From Phoronis australis (Eukaryota > Animalia > Phoronida): a DNA stretch of 64,000 bases. Both the position numbers and the translations under genes were made by a program. The stretch lies in the NCBI GenBank assembly GCA_002633005.1, contig NMRA01000211.1, forward strand, positions 288,262-352,261, in the 5' to 3' direction. Positions 22,160 to 37,100 of the stretch are shown piece by piece (the first letter of the stretch is position 1; every line of letters starts with the position of its first letter). The notes under the pieces are model-generated. The model saw nothing but the letters and a program-made list of their open reading frames with translations. It did not search any database and was not told the origin of the DNA.

Positions 22160-25100
22160 GTAAGTAAAGAAATTGTTGCTCATTCTGCCTCTGGCATTCC
22201 GTGCTCACTCAGTGACACTGCGCGCTGTCAGTAAATTCAGATAAAGATTCACACAAAGTGTTATCCGTGGTTCGTTGTACACCCAACACTGTTCTCAGCT
22301 TATTTGGACAGGGTAATTAGTTTTTCCGTAAATGAATAGCGTAAGTGTTCTATGTACCTATTTGTGACACCTTTCACACTTGTATTTCCATAGAACTTCT
22401 GCTATTTCTGTAAAAGCTTACTCAGTGTATTGAAAAACAATTTTCCTCATTTGAATGCCGGTGTCACCTGGAAAAAATTGATCAAAAGACTAAAAGTTTA
22501 TATGTGATAGAAGACAACTTAACTTGGCTCACGAAAGTGTGTACCCATGATCGAAACCCTACAACTCAACATTCCCAAAAGCACATCTCTAGAAGTCAGT
22601 GTTATTTTCAGGCAAGCAGCTATTGAATTGCATTATATTTAAGAACTTTCAGCAAGTATTTATTTTAATATACTTATCCGGTTGAAATTTGGGAATTTTT
22701 AAAGGTGGAAACTTCCCAGTGTTCTGCTTCTTTTGCTACATACATTAATTTATTAGTGTCGGCATTGAAAAAGATTTTGCACACGATGGTACACACGCAA
22801 CTTGTAGGCAGGCTGTTTGCATACAAGACTGGAATGTAAATGTAATTCATTGTAACAGAGGGCTTGAGTAACTTGCCAACCAATAGTTATTGCAGGGAGC
22901 TGGCGGTAACTTTTGGTTGAAAATATACTGATAACCTGAAAGCCCAACAAGATTAGTCATGATGTTTTTTGATCCAATGCAATTATTCAATCCTCTAACA
23001 CCGTAGTGCAATTTACATGCATCACATTTTGTAGATCACCCGTTTTCAATGTCATAACTTTTTTGATCAGGTGATGTGTAATTTGCATATTTAGGACAAG
23101 AAATGGAAGGGAGATGCAGTTTTGACATTGCATTTATAACCAATCTATAATTGACAGATAATTGTTCTCATGCATATTATTTAGTATACTTTGTTATGTG
23201 ACTCACTTGGCATCCACATGGGCAGCACACCAGTGCTACGTCGCCCATGATCCACATGTAATGTGTTGCCTATTATAGAACCAGTTCAGTGTCTGCATTT
23301 TGTCTTTTTGTGCAAATCTTTACCCCTGTCTCTATGTGGACTACTTTTGATTTTCTGTCTACATGGCTTGGTAGTGATGTGGACAAAAATAAGTTGAAGA
23401 CAATTTATTATTTTTACAATTGCTTTTACTGTCACAGGTGCATTCAGCTCCATACTCAAATTGACAAACATTCAGATAGCCAGCTTGTAGCTGTTATTAG
23501 TTGAATGGGTGGATCTTTGATATCGTACATCAGTATAGAAAAAACTACATCTTTGGGCTAATTTTGAAAATGGCTCTCCTGTTGTTGATGATGTCATGTC
23601 AGTAGTTTTTCTTAGCTCAGTGACAACCTGAACCAGTGACCCCCTGAACCAAAGCCTTTATAGAACAACACAACTGGAAGTCAGATGATACAACAATCGT
23701 CATCTTCTGCAGAAGAGGCATGCCTTCTGGCTTCAGATTTCAATAACATTCCTAGTGTCCCAGAATTTATAAGCCCTCAGCATTGGTCTCCTTGTTTTCC
23801 ACCAGGCCAACAAGCTCTCCATCCGCCACCTTGAGGACTTGCACACATCTCAAGGTTCTGCTTAACCCACTGACACCCTGAAACAAAAGAGCATTCAAAT
23901 TGATTGGCCATAAAGTAAAATTGCCCGTTAGCTAGTGATTTTAGTCAAATGCTCATGGGACTGTACTGCACATCATATTGGGAACTGAAAGTTCACAATA
24001 TTACCATGGTAGTCTTAAATTTGAACTAGTTAGCCAAAGAGTAATTGCTTGCTGGCAAATGATTGAGAGAGGCACCTATGCAGTTCAGATACAACTGAAA
24101 GTCACAAGAGAGACTAACCATAATATTCGAGAGAAAATTTTCACGGTATCAAAGTAGCATGGCACTGATTTTTTTCTAGTGAATTTGGGTAGTTGTGTCC
24201 GGTTGCATGAAACAGTCCCAAGTAGGGACTCAACTAAGTTCCCTAAATCAACTGTGTGTTTGTGGACTTGTGAAAACGTTGATTGTCCTATCTTATGTTT
24301 GAATATCATTACTATATCAATTTTTCCTTTTATATAAATTGTGAGTGAGCTCTACATTGAATTCACAATATTATTGGAAATAAGTGGGGATCTGTTCATG
24401 CAACACCCCTATTTTAAGGAATTTGTTCCTATTTATATTCATTGAACTAAAGGCTTAGTTTTTAGTTATATTGTTAGAAAATGTCATTAATCAAAGATGA
24501 GCGCATAATCAAATAAAACGACAGAAAAAAACTAGAACTGTGAGCAAAGAACAACACAAAAATGCAAAAGATTTAGGGAACTTAGTTGAGTCCCTATTTA
24601 CGATTGTTTCATATAATATGAACAGTGGGTCACCTGGCCCCCTAAGTCTGTCTATGAGTTTCAATACTACTTGGGCAATACAGGCTATTGATCTCGTTAT
24701 ATTCGACAAGTTTGAGGCATTTTTGTGATTGAATTAAAGGGCAATGCATGTACTTTTTAAGAAATTGTTCCAAGTTTAGGGGTTGTGAGATGGCTTCCGT
24801 TTCAGCATGACGTTGATGGTTGGAGTAAGTGTCCCTGTTTATGTCTGGGCCAACATCTAAACCTAGAGCACCACACACTGGTATAAAGCCATATTTGCGA
24901 ATCACCTGAAAGCTTGAGCTCCTATACAAGATCACTCGTTACTGATTATTGCTTGATGTGCATACCTGTTTATTTCCTGAATCAGGTATTGATTCAACTG
25001 CAATATTGCTTCAAATGCTGGTATATGCATTTTTTTCTCCAATTTCTCATAAATTTGCGTTGACACCTTAGTCCCCAGCTTAGCAGTATAGCACCTTTAC

Positions 25101-28100
25101 CCGTCCTCCAAAGAGCACCTGACTGAAGTCAGAGTGAATAAATCACTCTATGCACACATTTGAATGTTTTTCCAAAATGGCACTTGTACGCTGAACATGC
25201 TTGTAGCTTTACCAAATAAAAAGTTTTTCCCAACTTTCTCACAGATTCCGCACTTCCTTGAACTTTTTCCACTTGCCAACGTTTGCTAAAAGTCAACCAC
25301 TAGTCAGTTTTTTCAAAGTTAAAATGAAAGTTATAATGGTTGCACTTGAATGACAAAATTGGCTAAGATATGTGTTTGGTTTGTAAGTTGCATATCACAG
25401 TGGTTTTCCTGCTCGTTTGACCAGGTTGAACAGGCAAAGTTATTGTTTTAAGGCTCCAAAAAGCACCATCTTTAAAAAACAGTTTTTGGACTTGATCCAT
25501 GTTTTGTTGCTTTAACACAGTAAGCTGGAGTTGGACTACAATATACACGCCTTAAAACCACCGACCTAGCAGAGTTCATTGATTGCTTTGATAAGAAGAT
25601 GCACCACCTTCCAGTAAGCTATTTATTCCACTTTGAAGTTATGAATTTGACTTGACCTAATTAGTGCTTAATTGTGAGACCTGCAATGGTTATTTCAAAA
25701 GCACTGGGTTACCTGATACCAAAAGACTGTTGAGAATTTGGGTGATTTGTACAGTCAAGCTGCTAACAGAAAATAGCATTAACAACCAAGGGAGGGTGAG
25801 TTTTGAAAAAGATGGTTTTCAAGCCGATTCAGTTTTGAGTCTACTCTAATGCAATGCCCCATTATATGTTTGAGAAATTTTACACAGTATGTTGAACATG
25901 AAAATTTATAAGATCCTGACAACATTCAGAAACTGTCTGCAAATATTGGAAATTAATCATAACAGAACCTGATGAAATTAAGATTTCATTTTACAAATAA
26001 TGTTGCCCAAAAGAGGGCACTAGTATCTGCACTGCAATGAATAATTGGTGCACTGAACCCTGTGGTACAACACCATCTCTAGAGGACACTGACCCTTCGA
26101 AAGTATGTGTGGCAGGCAGAAATCTGTATGAGCAACTGTGGGCGTATCGTACCTCGTGACTTGTTTTGGATGTTTGTCATCTACATGTGGTCTGGAAGTG
26201 GACCAGAAATGTCCAGTGAATCATTTTGTTGTTTTATTTGGTTATTTGTTTTCTGTAATGTGTTAAAACACAAACTTGTGTGGAATATATCTAGCAGGCA
26301 AAAAAAGTTCCAAAGGTTTTTCTCAATAGATGGAACGGTGTGCTTATATGTATTTCTCAACATCAATCATTCAGAGTGTCCCTATGTTTTCCTACCCATC
26401 CGAATTACTGATTGCTTCGCTGATCTATGAGAAGCCATGCTACTTTATTAAAAAATATCACTCCCCTAGAAATGGCTTTCGCATTATATCCAGATTCCCC
26501 GTCCACTGCCTTGCTGTAAGTAAACTAGAGGTAGCCATGGACAAAATTAAACGTTACAAATTCCTCCAGAACTCGCACATTTCAGACTTCATTAAAACTG
26601 TAAGACCTAAGAAGTTTGAACAGGAAAGTCCATAGTTATGAGACACGCTTACTGGTGTGCATAAATTATGAGTTATCTGATGTTGTGCGCTTTCACTGAT
26701 GATTGTAGTAGGCAGACGTTCAGGTCACTGTCAGGATGAGAGGCTATGTCCTGTTTGTGTTCAGCCTAACACTGAGTCCCAGTTTCAATTTTGCTTGGAA
26801 TGTCCATAATTTTACTGTGATCTAAGAGACAAATACCTTCATGAAAGACAAATTTATAAACATGGTGCAAAAGAAAACCCAAATTGAAATGTGGGTTGTG
26901 TCCAAATTTGTTTATCGTGCTGTTTAAAATGAAGTGTTCTCAGTTTACTCTTGCTTTACCTTACTTTATTTTGTATCATATTTTAACAATGGCCGGCTGC
27001 CTAGTTAACTATACATTTGATGTAAGTTTTCATGTTCACATGGCCTGATGGCATGTTGTTGAAAACCTTTTAGTTTTTTTGTGGCATGTCTGCCATCATG
27101 GTACATTTGCATACCTTTAATGACCGCAAAGTTATTATGTGCGACTCAATATTCTCCAGGTGGTGCTTATGTATAGGGGTACCTTTTTGACATCTGAATT
27201 AGGATTGATAGATTAGAAAGTAGTTCATCTGCATGGTGACATTTCTGTGATGAGCGACCCATGTGGTTTACCTGTGTGCAGGCTTTTCCATGCAGTTGTC
27301 CCTTGTTTCACTTGTATCACCTTGTAAATCTAGAGTTCCACATTCAGGAACCATTGTAAAAGGAAGACCATTTTGGCGTCAAGATTGGGATGCGCAAGCA
27401 TATTTTTCTGCCGATTTGCTTTTCACAGCAGTTTTTTATTCGAAATATTTCCTTTACATTGCTTTTGCAAATGTCTTGCCTATAGTTTATATCAAAACAT
27501 TTCAATATATTGAATTGTCATTATCTACTCTGTATTGCTGGTAGACAGCACAAAAATGCAGGTCGAAGTGTTATTCAAAAGTATTTGTATAATTTTTACT
27601 TTTTCCACAGTAACCATGGCCAGCAAAAGGTTTTTGAGATTGATATTAGCTTTATGCACTCAGCAGTTAAAATACTAACAAAATGTTGTCTCCAAAAGCA
27701 TCATAATGCCCAAACTCAAATTACTTTTAAAAAGTATAACATCAACAAACATGACAATCTCTCAGTTATCAAAATTATAGACAATATAACTATCTTTAGG
27801 TTATTTTTTATTAAGTCCATGTTAACTAAATCACATACCATGTTATAATCTTCAGAAGAATGTTCATTAAATGTTATTTCTATAAGCAAATTAACCATGT
27901 AAAGCTAATTAATAAATATTGAGACAATGGTAAAAATCATAAAAACTAATTCACAAATTCATAAACTACTTGCTTGTATCAACCAATAGCAATAATTGGC
28001 ATCCATGATTCCCTAAAAGCTTTCCCACTGCAGCATTTCCACATTAGCCAACAGAACTTAGATACGTAAATTATTGTGTCATCTTGGGTTCAATTGAATT

Positions 28101-31100
28101 AATATCCTAGCGGTCGTTTACACTTCATTAAATGCTGAACATCAATGGGCTTTTCTACACATATAATACTGGAATAAATTTAGTATTTAGCAAGCTTGCC
28201 ACTTGAAATGTTATTGCCCTTGGACAGGAGGGGTACTTGACTACATTTTTGAGGTGTTCAGTGTTGCTGAAAGATTAGGATGCCCACCAATTTACTAAGT
28301 CTAAGATTTGTTTTGACTTCCAAACTTTGGAGCTTCCATATCTGGTAAGTTACTCAAAATTAAGACATAATTTAAGTAAAAAACTGAAGTCAAACTTGAG
28401 ATTGCTTTCTTGAAATGGACTTGAGACAAATTTAAGTTTTATCTTAAATTTGGCTGAAATTTAAGATTTGTCATATCTAAGTCAGTTTTCTTGGAACGGG
28501 CCCTTGGCCATTAATTTTGGTTCATTTTTGCAACCAAAGTTTTTAAATGTCACTTATGAAATATTGAAAACCTTGTTTGGAGATTAGTGGTATTAGAAAA
28601 GGGAACCCTTTCTAGGGAGTAAATCAGGGGGCATCGTTTTGTTGGGAATGTTGTCAGCAAAGGTATCCTTTTGAAGGGAAATTGGTCATGAAAATTTAGT
28701 CTTCTGAGCGGTACATGCCATTTACTCTTCTATGGAAGTACCCCCCTACCCGGCCTTGCACTCATTGGTTGCACTGCACTGACTCAGTTATAGCAGCTAG
28801 TCAGACACAGCGATATGCCTGCTCTTGACAAGTTCTATGGGTCCTTAGAGATAATTTGGATGACAGCTAATAGGTACCTGTTACTGGAACGATTAGTTTT
28901 GTGTTCTTTCATCTACACATCGTAGCTAACCATGGGACTTGCTAGGGGCGCCTAGCTGTCATTCTGAGACAGTTCTCAGTATGATCTTGAAAACAGCTAT
29001 TGGATTGGTATTTGACAAAAGGGTTATACAACATGAGCAAGAACCCTGTGGACATGCTGTAGCGTTCGAGGTGTCGCGTTTTTAGCCAAATTGCCTATTT
29101 GTGCCTGTTCCCAGCCTGTTTCGTTAAGATTTTGACACCCTGTTCATGGCTGAAATGCTAACATTTTCACTAGTACTTTCGTTGGCAGCTATGTGAACAA
29201 TTGCAAGTATCATGTCTGTGGACACTTTGGTGGTAGTTTCTTTACCCCTAAACTGCTGGCGTTTTCGCTAGCACTTCCCGTAAAGTCAGACTACAAGAGA
29301 CACATTTGTAAATGATAGACTGAGGCATTCACTTGTCTTTGGGTTAGTCATTGCAGTAAGTAAATGTGCTTTTACATCTATTTTCACTGTATAAACAATG
29401 CAAGTGGTGAGGAAACAAAGTAATACTGGCAAAAATTACCCCCAATGTGGGCAATATACCTGTCTGGCTAAAACTGAAAAATTGCTTGCATTTTCGCCAC
29501 TTGTGAACCTTGTGTTAAGACCGGTTCTGGGAATCGATATGTTATGACAGGGCCTTACTGGTAAGTGCCTAAGCCTGGATACAGTCATTCAGACTTTGTC
29601 AACGCAAAAAATGCCGGTTTGTTAGGCTATTCGTTTTGTTGCCAACTCATTTTTAAATAACAATTTAATTGTAACTTTCTCAACGTACAACTTTTTTGAC
29701 TCCACTGTCACAAACTTGTAGTAATTCAGAAACATAAATTCAGAAACGTAGTTGCTGACAGTGGTGGGCAATGGAGATAATCAAAATTCCTTAGGTATAG
29801 TTAGTGAAGTGAATGACTGCTTCCCATAGACATGCCTGTATTCGGGTAAATTATGTGGGTCTCTAGCATCACACGAAAGTCCCTATATAGTGTGCTGATG
29901 AACTAATTTACCCTTTCAATTTATTTAGGTGTCAGAAAGAGGAATCTTTACTCACTAGTGCCACCTAGTGAATTACGGAGTCATCTTTTGTGATATAAGG
30001 AGGATTGTCGAATTTTGCTAACCTTTAGATAATGAGTGGTTTGGCTATTCAGGAAGTGGTCTGTCACACCAGACGTTGTTCTCAGTCTCAACTCAAAAAC
30101 AGAAAAATTTGAACACTTGAAGACTGGCATTTGAAGAAAGTTTCCCGGCCAAAATTACATGTTTTTATCCATCCCCAGCCCATTTGGCCAAGGTGCTAAG
30201 ATAGTGCTCGGATGACACTCTGTGAGAACGGGTGGCAGGGCCCTTAGATTCATAAATTCCTGCACATGTGCACTTTTTTTTAAATGCACAATCTATCAAA
30301 AATGATATTGTGCAAGTTACTAGAGGTAACTAGGGTATATCCAGTTATTCTATATTACTGTTCATTGACCTGTGTTCGTTGTTTCATTACAGATAGACAG
30401 ACTATTGTATAGTATCTAGTAACAGAGATTAGTTTTCTATTCTGATGGTTAAAGACATTTGCAGTATGTGTTAATGGTGGTTTTGTGTTTTAATGATTTT
30501 CATATTGAAGAACTTTTTTAACATTTATTGCAAAAATAAATCACAAATAACAAAATAACAAACAGAGTACAAAGACAGAAATACCCAATGACATAGTTAA
30601 TTAGGCATAGAAACAAAACTAAATCATTAATTGAAAATTTGTAACAGAGTTTTTAAGTTAAATTGTGAAGTTTTTATTTAAAAAGATTTTCATTAAAATC
30701 GACCAAAAGGTTATTTGCTATAAATTTACCTTTCTTAAAAATGAAATTTTGACTTAAAAAGGTGTTAACGTAATAATAGCACATAAATATAATGTCTGAC
30801 CGTTTATCATTCAGAAAATATAGACTTTTTCTAGTTGACTTAGCTTGTTTTTCTTTTGATATATGAGTTAGAATGAAGGTCACTAAATAAGGTTTGAGAT
30901 AACCTTAATGACGACTTGATTGTCTTTTAAAATAATTGTTAATCCCTGAATGGACTACTGTATGTTTTGCGTTTTCAGGTACTGTAGTCTAATGTATATT
31001 TAAGTGGGGAAAAGGAAGTAGTTTGGAATGTCCTTTAAAGCTTTTTAATGTGGTCAGTTAGTGTTCCTAATTTTACATGACTTCTCGATGGATCAAATGA

Positions 31101-34100
31101 AGTTCATTGATTTGTTTTGCAACTCTAGATGATGCTGTTTCTCTCCATATTCAGTCTCTGGATTTCTCAGCCATTGTTAGTGTTTTTATGTTACTTTTTA
31201 TCTCCTAAAGAATGATTTGGTGGTACATCTTTTTGGAACCTGAAAGTGAAATTCATTGAATATACCCCGTTAAAAGTAACCCCTCTCTGACAAAATTTTT
31301 GGTGAAGTAGGGGTGCCCAAGATTCCGGTGACTGCTTCCAGGATGTTTGCCTTCCCCAACAACAAAGTCTGTATGCTTATTCCAAGGTTGGTGTGAAATT
31401 GGTGATAATTAGGGTCATGTGGTGGAGATAGGATCAAAGGATCTGATTTTGGGATCATTAGTTTGTGATCCCTTCCTACTAAAGTAACAAAAGAGAGAGG
31501 CAGAGGTAAAACTGTTGTCAGAGGTGGTATAACTGAGATCGACAGTGGGGAGGGGGGGGAAGTGGATGTAATTGGTATTGGAGGAGAGTGAAACTGGTAT
31601 CGACCTTGAGACGAAACTGACTGGGTGGTGGAGGAGGTGAAACTGGAGTCAACTGGGAGGGAGTGTTGCACTCACAATCATTTCACCCCTCCCACTTATT
31701 AATTTAAAGTAAACTTCCTAGGCCTATGCTAAGCACATGCCTGTAAAACTTTCTGCTTGATCAATGTTTAATTCAGTGAACATGGGCTTAAATTCACTTC
31801 TATCCAGCTATTAATGGTTATATTCTGAAGGTTAAGAATTGAAATAGATGGTGTAAACTGTTGCAATAAATGTCTCCTGTATGCATGTATTGTATATATA
31901 TTTTGGCTTGCTGGTATTGATATATTGTGTATATTTGTACATATGCTGATTGTTATTCGAGCACTATTAGAAACAATTGTTCAAAAGTTGCCCCTGTGTT
32001 AATACGTCAGGGGAAATTTGATATCCATAGAAGAGTGCAAGCTAGGTGTGTCCAATTTACCTGACACCCTTTGTTTGTATACCTTCGTTTGTGTGCAGTA
32101 TCCAACAACTAAGCGTAGGCTTCCATCACTGGAACAATTTGTGTCAACAAAAGAGTCGATCAGTTTTACATATTAATCCTCTGTTAGCCAACTTTTTTCC
32201 AAGAAGTTAAATTGTGGTCATAAATTTATGGAAATGCTTCGAGTATCCAGATGGTTAATTTAACAACAATGTGACTGTGTATTAAATTTTCAGTCGTTCG
32301 GAAGATTTTGCTTTTGTCAACATCGTAGGTGTTTGAGGGAGAATTTTCATGGTAGTTCTTCACTTATTTAGCATACAATATGGCCGACAAATGAAATTCT
32401 ATTTTATCAAACTTCTCCAGAAATTATGTATTTAAAAAATTTAGATATTTAGTCTATTACTAGCATTGTTGTAGATGTCATAAAACAACCTTTGGTCAAA
32501 TTTCCATTATTTACAGTAAAGTAACTAGCCTTTGAAAAATGGAAAAAAATGACAATTTTGGCAAGAATTTTTGTGCAAAATAACTGAATTGCAGTACTTT
32601 GCTGGATTTTTATGAAGTAGTTAGCTCCTTTCAGGATTGTGCTGCTCCTTAGCGATAATTTAGAGCGTGTCTCATGTGATTGGTGCTCAAAAGTTTTCAG
32701 TGATGCACTATGATTGCTTAGCTTGGGCCAATGGGTGCATTTAAGCACCTATAGTTTTGAATAATACGCACTGCAATCAGATTCTATCAAAATGACAGTG
32801 CAGAGCAGCTGATTAAATATAATGCCATCATATGACGTCATCAACCTTTGAAGGCATACTTTTGATACATGAAAAAATGCAGCATACAAACAGTTGAGAA
32901 TATAAAAAACTAATGATGATTCAAGCTAATACTAAAAGAATTTGATAATGAAAGATAAGCCAATAACTGGTGCATAAAAAAATTCATTTGTCTACTATGC
33001 ATAAAACTGTCACAATTTCGCCTGATTTTATCTTGAATGATACGCATTCCATTCAGAATCTAATAGGACTACCATGCAGAGGAGCTGATCAAGACTAAAA
33101 TTTTAGGATATGGGGTGTAGCATATTGCAAAAAATGTAGATCCCAGCTGCTAATTTGTGTTTTTAGTTAAAAGTATACTTTTGCCGAAAATTAAGAGATT
33201 TTAAAAGGGACTTTCTCTTCCAGTTCTCTGAAACAAAATAATTCCCTGTAACCCTCAACAACCCTCAAAAGTTTGGAGTAAAGTTTGAAAACTCCTTACA
33301 AAGTCTGCTAAATGAACATGGGTGACCTACGCTTTAAGATAGAGTTAGTCACAACTGTTAGTGAAAGACCACCTACCAAGAACCCTAATATCCAATCTTT
33401 GACATGGACAGTGTGTGTTTTAATTGAACCCTGTTTTTATTACTCAAGTTAGATGACAATGGTGCATTAGCAGGTGACAGAAAGAAAATTGGTTAAAATC
33501 ACCAAAACTGTGTTTAGTATCCTTTTAAACAGAAATACATTTAGCCATTCAGACCAATAACTAATGGCATAGTGTACAAAATCACACAGTTAAATCCCAC
33601 TCCCCCAAAATCATATTGAAGGATGAGCAGATATTCAACTATCATGACCCACAGGTCTTAAAGGCAAAGGCAACCTTTTTTCATGTCATTTTTAGCAAAA
33701 ATAAGATTCGTTGATTATCCCAGACATATTTTTCAGTTAATTACAGCTTTTTTTAATTTGAAATCAATTGCTCGTCCTCTACTCCGGAAGTGACGTTTTG
33801 GGAGGCAAGAATTTCACGCCAATTTCTTTTCATATAGTCTGACTGTGAGAGCTGCCGAGTCAGTCATTGTTCTATCTGGGTTGTGATAAGTTTGGTCGTC
33901 ATTTGCTTTAGTTTACGAGTCAGTCAACATGCTACACTGTTAGCCTACTGCGTACTGGGATGTACTCATTATCGTCTCACTGACAGAGGAACAACTGTCC
34001 CACTTGCCCGAGTGTCCTGTGACACACTCCCACCTGAGCACACAAACTGCTTACATCCCGCCGTGTGATTCCCTCGGTACACACCTGGCACCTTCTAAAT

Positions 34101-37100
34101 AGCTCCAGTACTTTAGACAAGTCCACAATAAACTTATCAAAGTTTGGCTCTGATTTGTTCATTGAACGACGAACTGCCCTCTTCACTGGGTGTGGAACTG
34201 GGCCTGTATTCACTCTCACTACTCAATATCACTGCAGGGCTGTTTACAGTCTCCGGGCGATAATGAGTACATCCGGGTTCGCAGCAACAGTTTGGCATGT
34301 TGACTGACTCGTAAACAAAAGCAAATGACGACCGAACTTATGACAACCGATTTAGATCAATGACTGACTCGACAGTTCTCACAGTCAGACTATATGAAAA
34401 GAAATTGGCACAAAATTTTTGCCTCCCACGACGTCACTTCTGGAGTAGAAAATCAATAATTAATTAAATTACGAAAAGTTGTATTTAAGTGAAAAATATG
34501 TCTGGGATAATCATTGAATGTTATTTTTGCTAAAAATGACATGAAAAAAGGTTGCCTTCGCCTTTAAAAATTAGCTCATTGATTTGAGGCCATGTGAGTC
34601 AACTGACTCATAGCTATGTTTTTCTAAAATGATCCCTGCAGAAATGCTGCTGTAATATACTTAGCAACCAGTAACTGGTTCTTAGAATGCACAAATGAGA
34701 TAGGAATTTTATTTTCACTTCCTAAAGGCCCTTTCATACTAAAGTGGGCACGTCGGTGTTTTGGGGAGTTGGGGTCAGTATGAATGGTTAACTTTGGTTC
34801 TGGATTGAAGTTAACAGCGCCAGTTAACTTCGCAGTCAACAGGTGGATTTAACAGCGGAGCGTCGATACTGCGGTGCGGTGTGAACAGTCAACTTCGGTC
34901 CCATCGATGGGACCTAAGTTATCATCAGCGGCCTCTGATCGTCAACAACGTCGTTAATAATTGTTTATATTTTGCTCGAATAATCACCAATCGAATTAGA
35001 AATAAGTTTTTTGTCAATTACCATAAGTGAATTTTCTCAAATTCTCACATTAAAAAATCTTAGCATCGACGTGATGCATCAGCGCTACCTTGCGATAACT
35101 TCGATGACGACAGTGTCACCTACCATTTACTTTGATGTCTGTTAAACTACAGAAGCCGGTATGAACGGTTCAGTTAACTTTGCAGTTTATATCGAGGCTA
35201 TGCTCAGACCCGAGTAAGACAGTATGAAAGGGCCTTTTAGCTCCTTTGAGGTTGTGATGTAGTAACATCATTTCTACAATGTATTGGTCTATTTACACCA
35301 ACCTCTTGCCTATTTGCATTGGCTGAACCTTTCAGTTGATTGTTGCACAATCCAGAATACTGGGACACCTGAAGGTGACTGGAGAAATGACCTACCACTT
35401 GAAATGAAATTTCCAGCTTGTACCCTCTAGAACAGCGAACTGCACTCAGTGTTTTTTCTGGAAGCATTTGTCTAATCAATTCAGAAATAAGAGCAAGTGT
35501 TTCATTGCTTGTGTTGGTGCTTTTTCTTAAACCTGGTGAAATCCTCTCCTAGAAATTGTTATCTGATTAGACATCAGTTGATGCTATTTATAGTAGACCA
35601 AGTGCAGTTGCTCAGCACTCTGCTTGGATCACCATTTTCTTTCTAATACTGTATTCTTTCAACAAAGTTCTCTGAGCTCTTGAAATTGTTGTTCAAGAAA
35701 TCTTTCTTAATCTTTAACAAGATTTCATCCAGATAAGAAATCGTTGGTAAATTGTTGAAACAAATGAGGACCAGTTTTGCCAAGACTTACATACTACTGC
35801 TGTGTTCTGACATGGAACATTTTTTGAAAAATTGGTTATTTGCAGATTTTATAGATTGATGATATGAAATAGCAGTTGTGCTATTTTATTGAAGTTATTT
35901 TTCATGAGCCCATGTGTCATTTTTGTCAGCATTTCTCTGTGTTGTGGCTTTGTGCATTGAGCTCACTTGCTCTGTGGAAACCTCAAAAGTGTCCACAGCT
36001 GTCTGGAGAAGTTATATTGAAATTAACCATTCATGTCCCTATTCAATGTGAATACTGAGTGAGATCTAAATAGACCATTTGCATCCTGCTTCTAGTTGTG
36101 ATGACCCCTGATAATGACCCCATCTGCTCACCAGTCAAGCCTGAATTTCTCCCTGATGAACTTTTAGGTCTAATCGTATTACCATTTCCCTTTCATCTGA
36201 ATATTTTCCATTTGTGTCAGCTTTCCTCCAATATTCAATGTATCCTTAATTTTACATCAAAATGTGGAATTCAAAAAATGCAAGTCATTCCAGTTAACAG
36301 CATACATGCTCCTCTGGAATTCCTGTGCACTCACATGGGCAGATAAAACCCTTTGGTTTGTTTACAGTTGTCATGGTGAACACCCCCTCATATTAAACAA
36401 TCGATTTGCGTTGGGTGTTTTACAGGCTTTCAGAGCATCCTGAGCACATGGTGTGTGCTGATACAGATGTGAGACAGGAACAGGAGTGGGGCATTTTTTC
36501 TAGCAAAAGCCATTCAAGTACGGCTCGGTTACAAATCAGGTTTTAAATTTTGGCTCTGGTCTCATGCCTATGGTTACTGGTTGAGGATTTTCTGATAGTC
36601 TTGATTTATTATGACAATTCTGGAAAAATGTCTATGGTGAAGCTGTGAGTGCATGTATTGTGATTCACTACGAAATGTACTTTTTTCGGTTTAATCATCA
36701 TGGGTTTATATCAGTCTGACAGTATGTTAGTGCAATGTGCTACATTCACTGATAAAAAATTGCGTTCCTAAGTGTTGATCATGTGACATGCTTGTGACTC
36801 ATGAAGTTAGTTTTTATCATAGGATTTTCCTTATTTCTTGTTCTCAGTATTTCCTATCATAGTGATTAAATGTGCTGATAGAATCAATTGTCTTCCTGGT
36901 TGGCTATTTGAAATTCTACACTTGGCACTGCAAATAATTTGTTGAGCAGGAACTTCCATTTAGGAGCATTGCCATATAAGCAGAAGGCTAACTAGGAAAT
37001 TATGGGGTATTAGTGCTTTACTGGTGAAAGGCAGGCTTTGTTCCAACATTTTGTTCTGAGAAGGTTGGTTATATAACAACCTTTCCCACAACTATTACAT

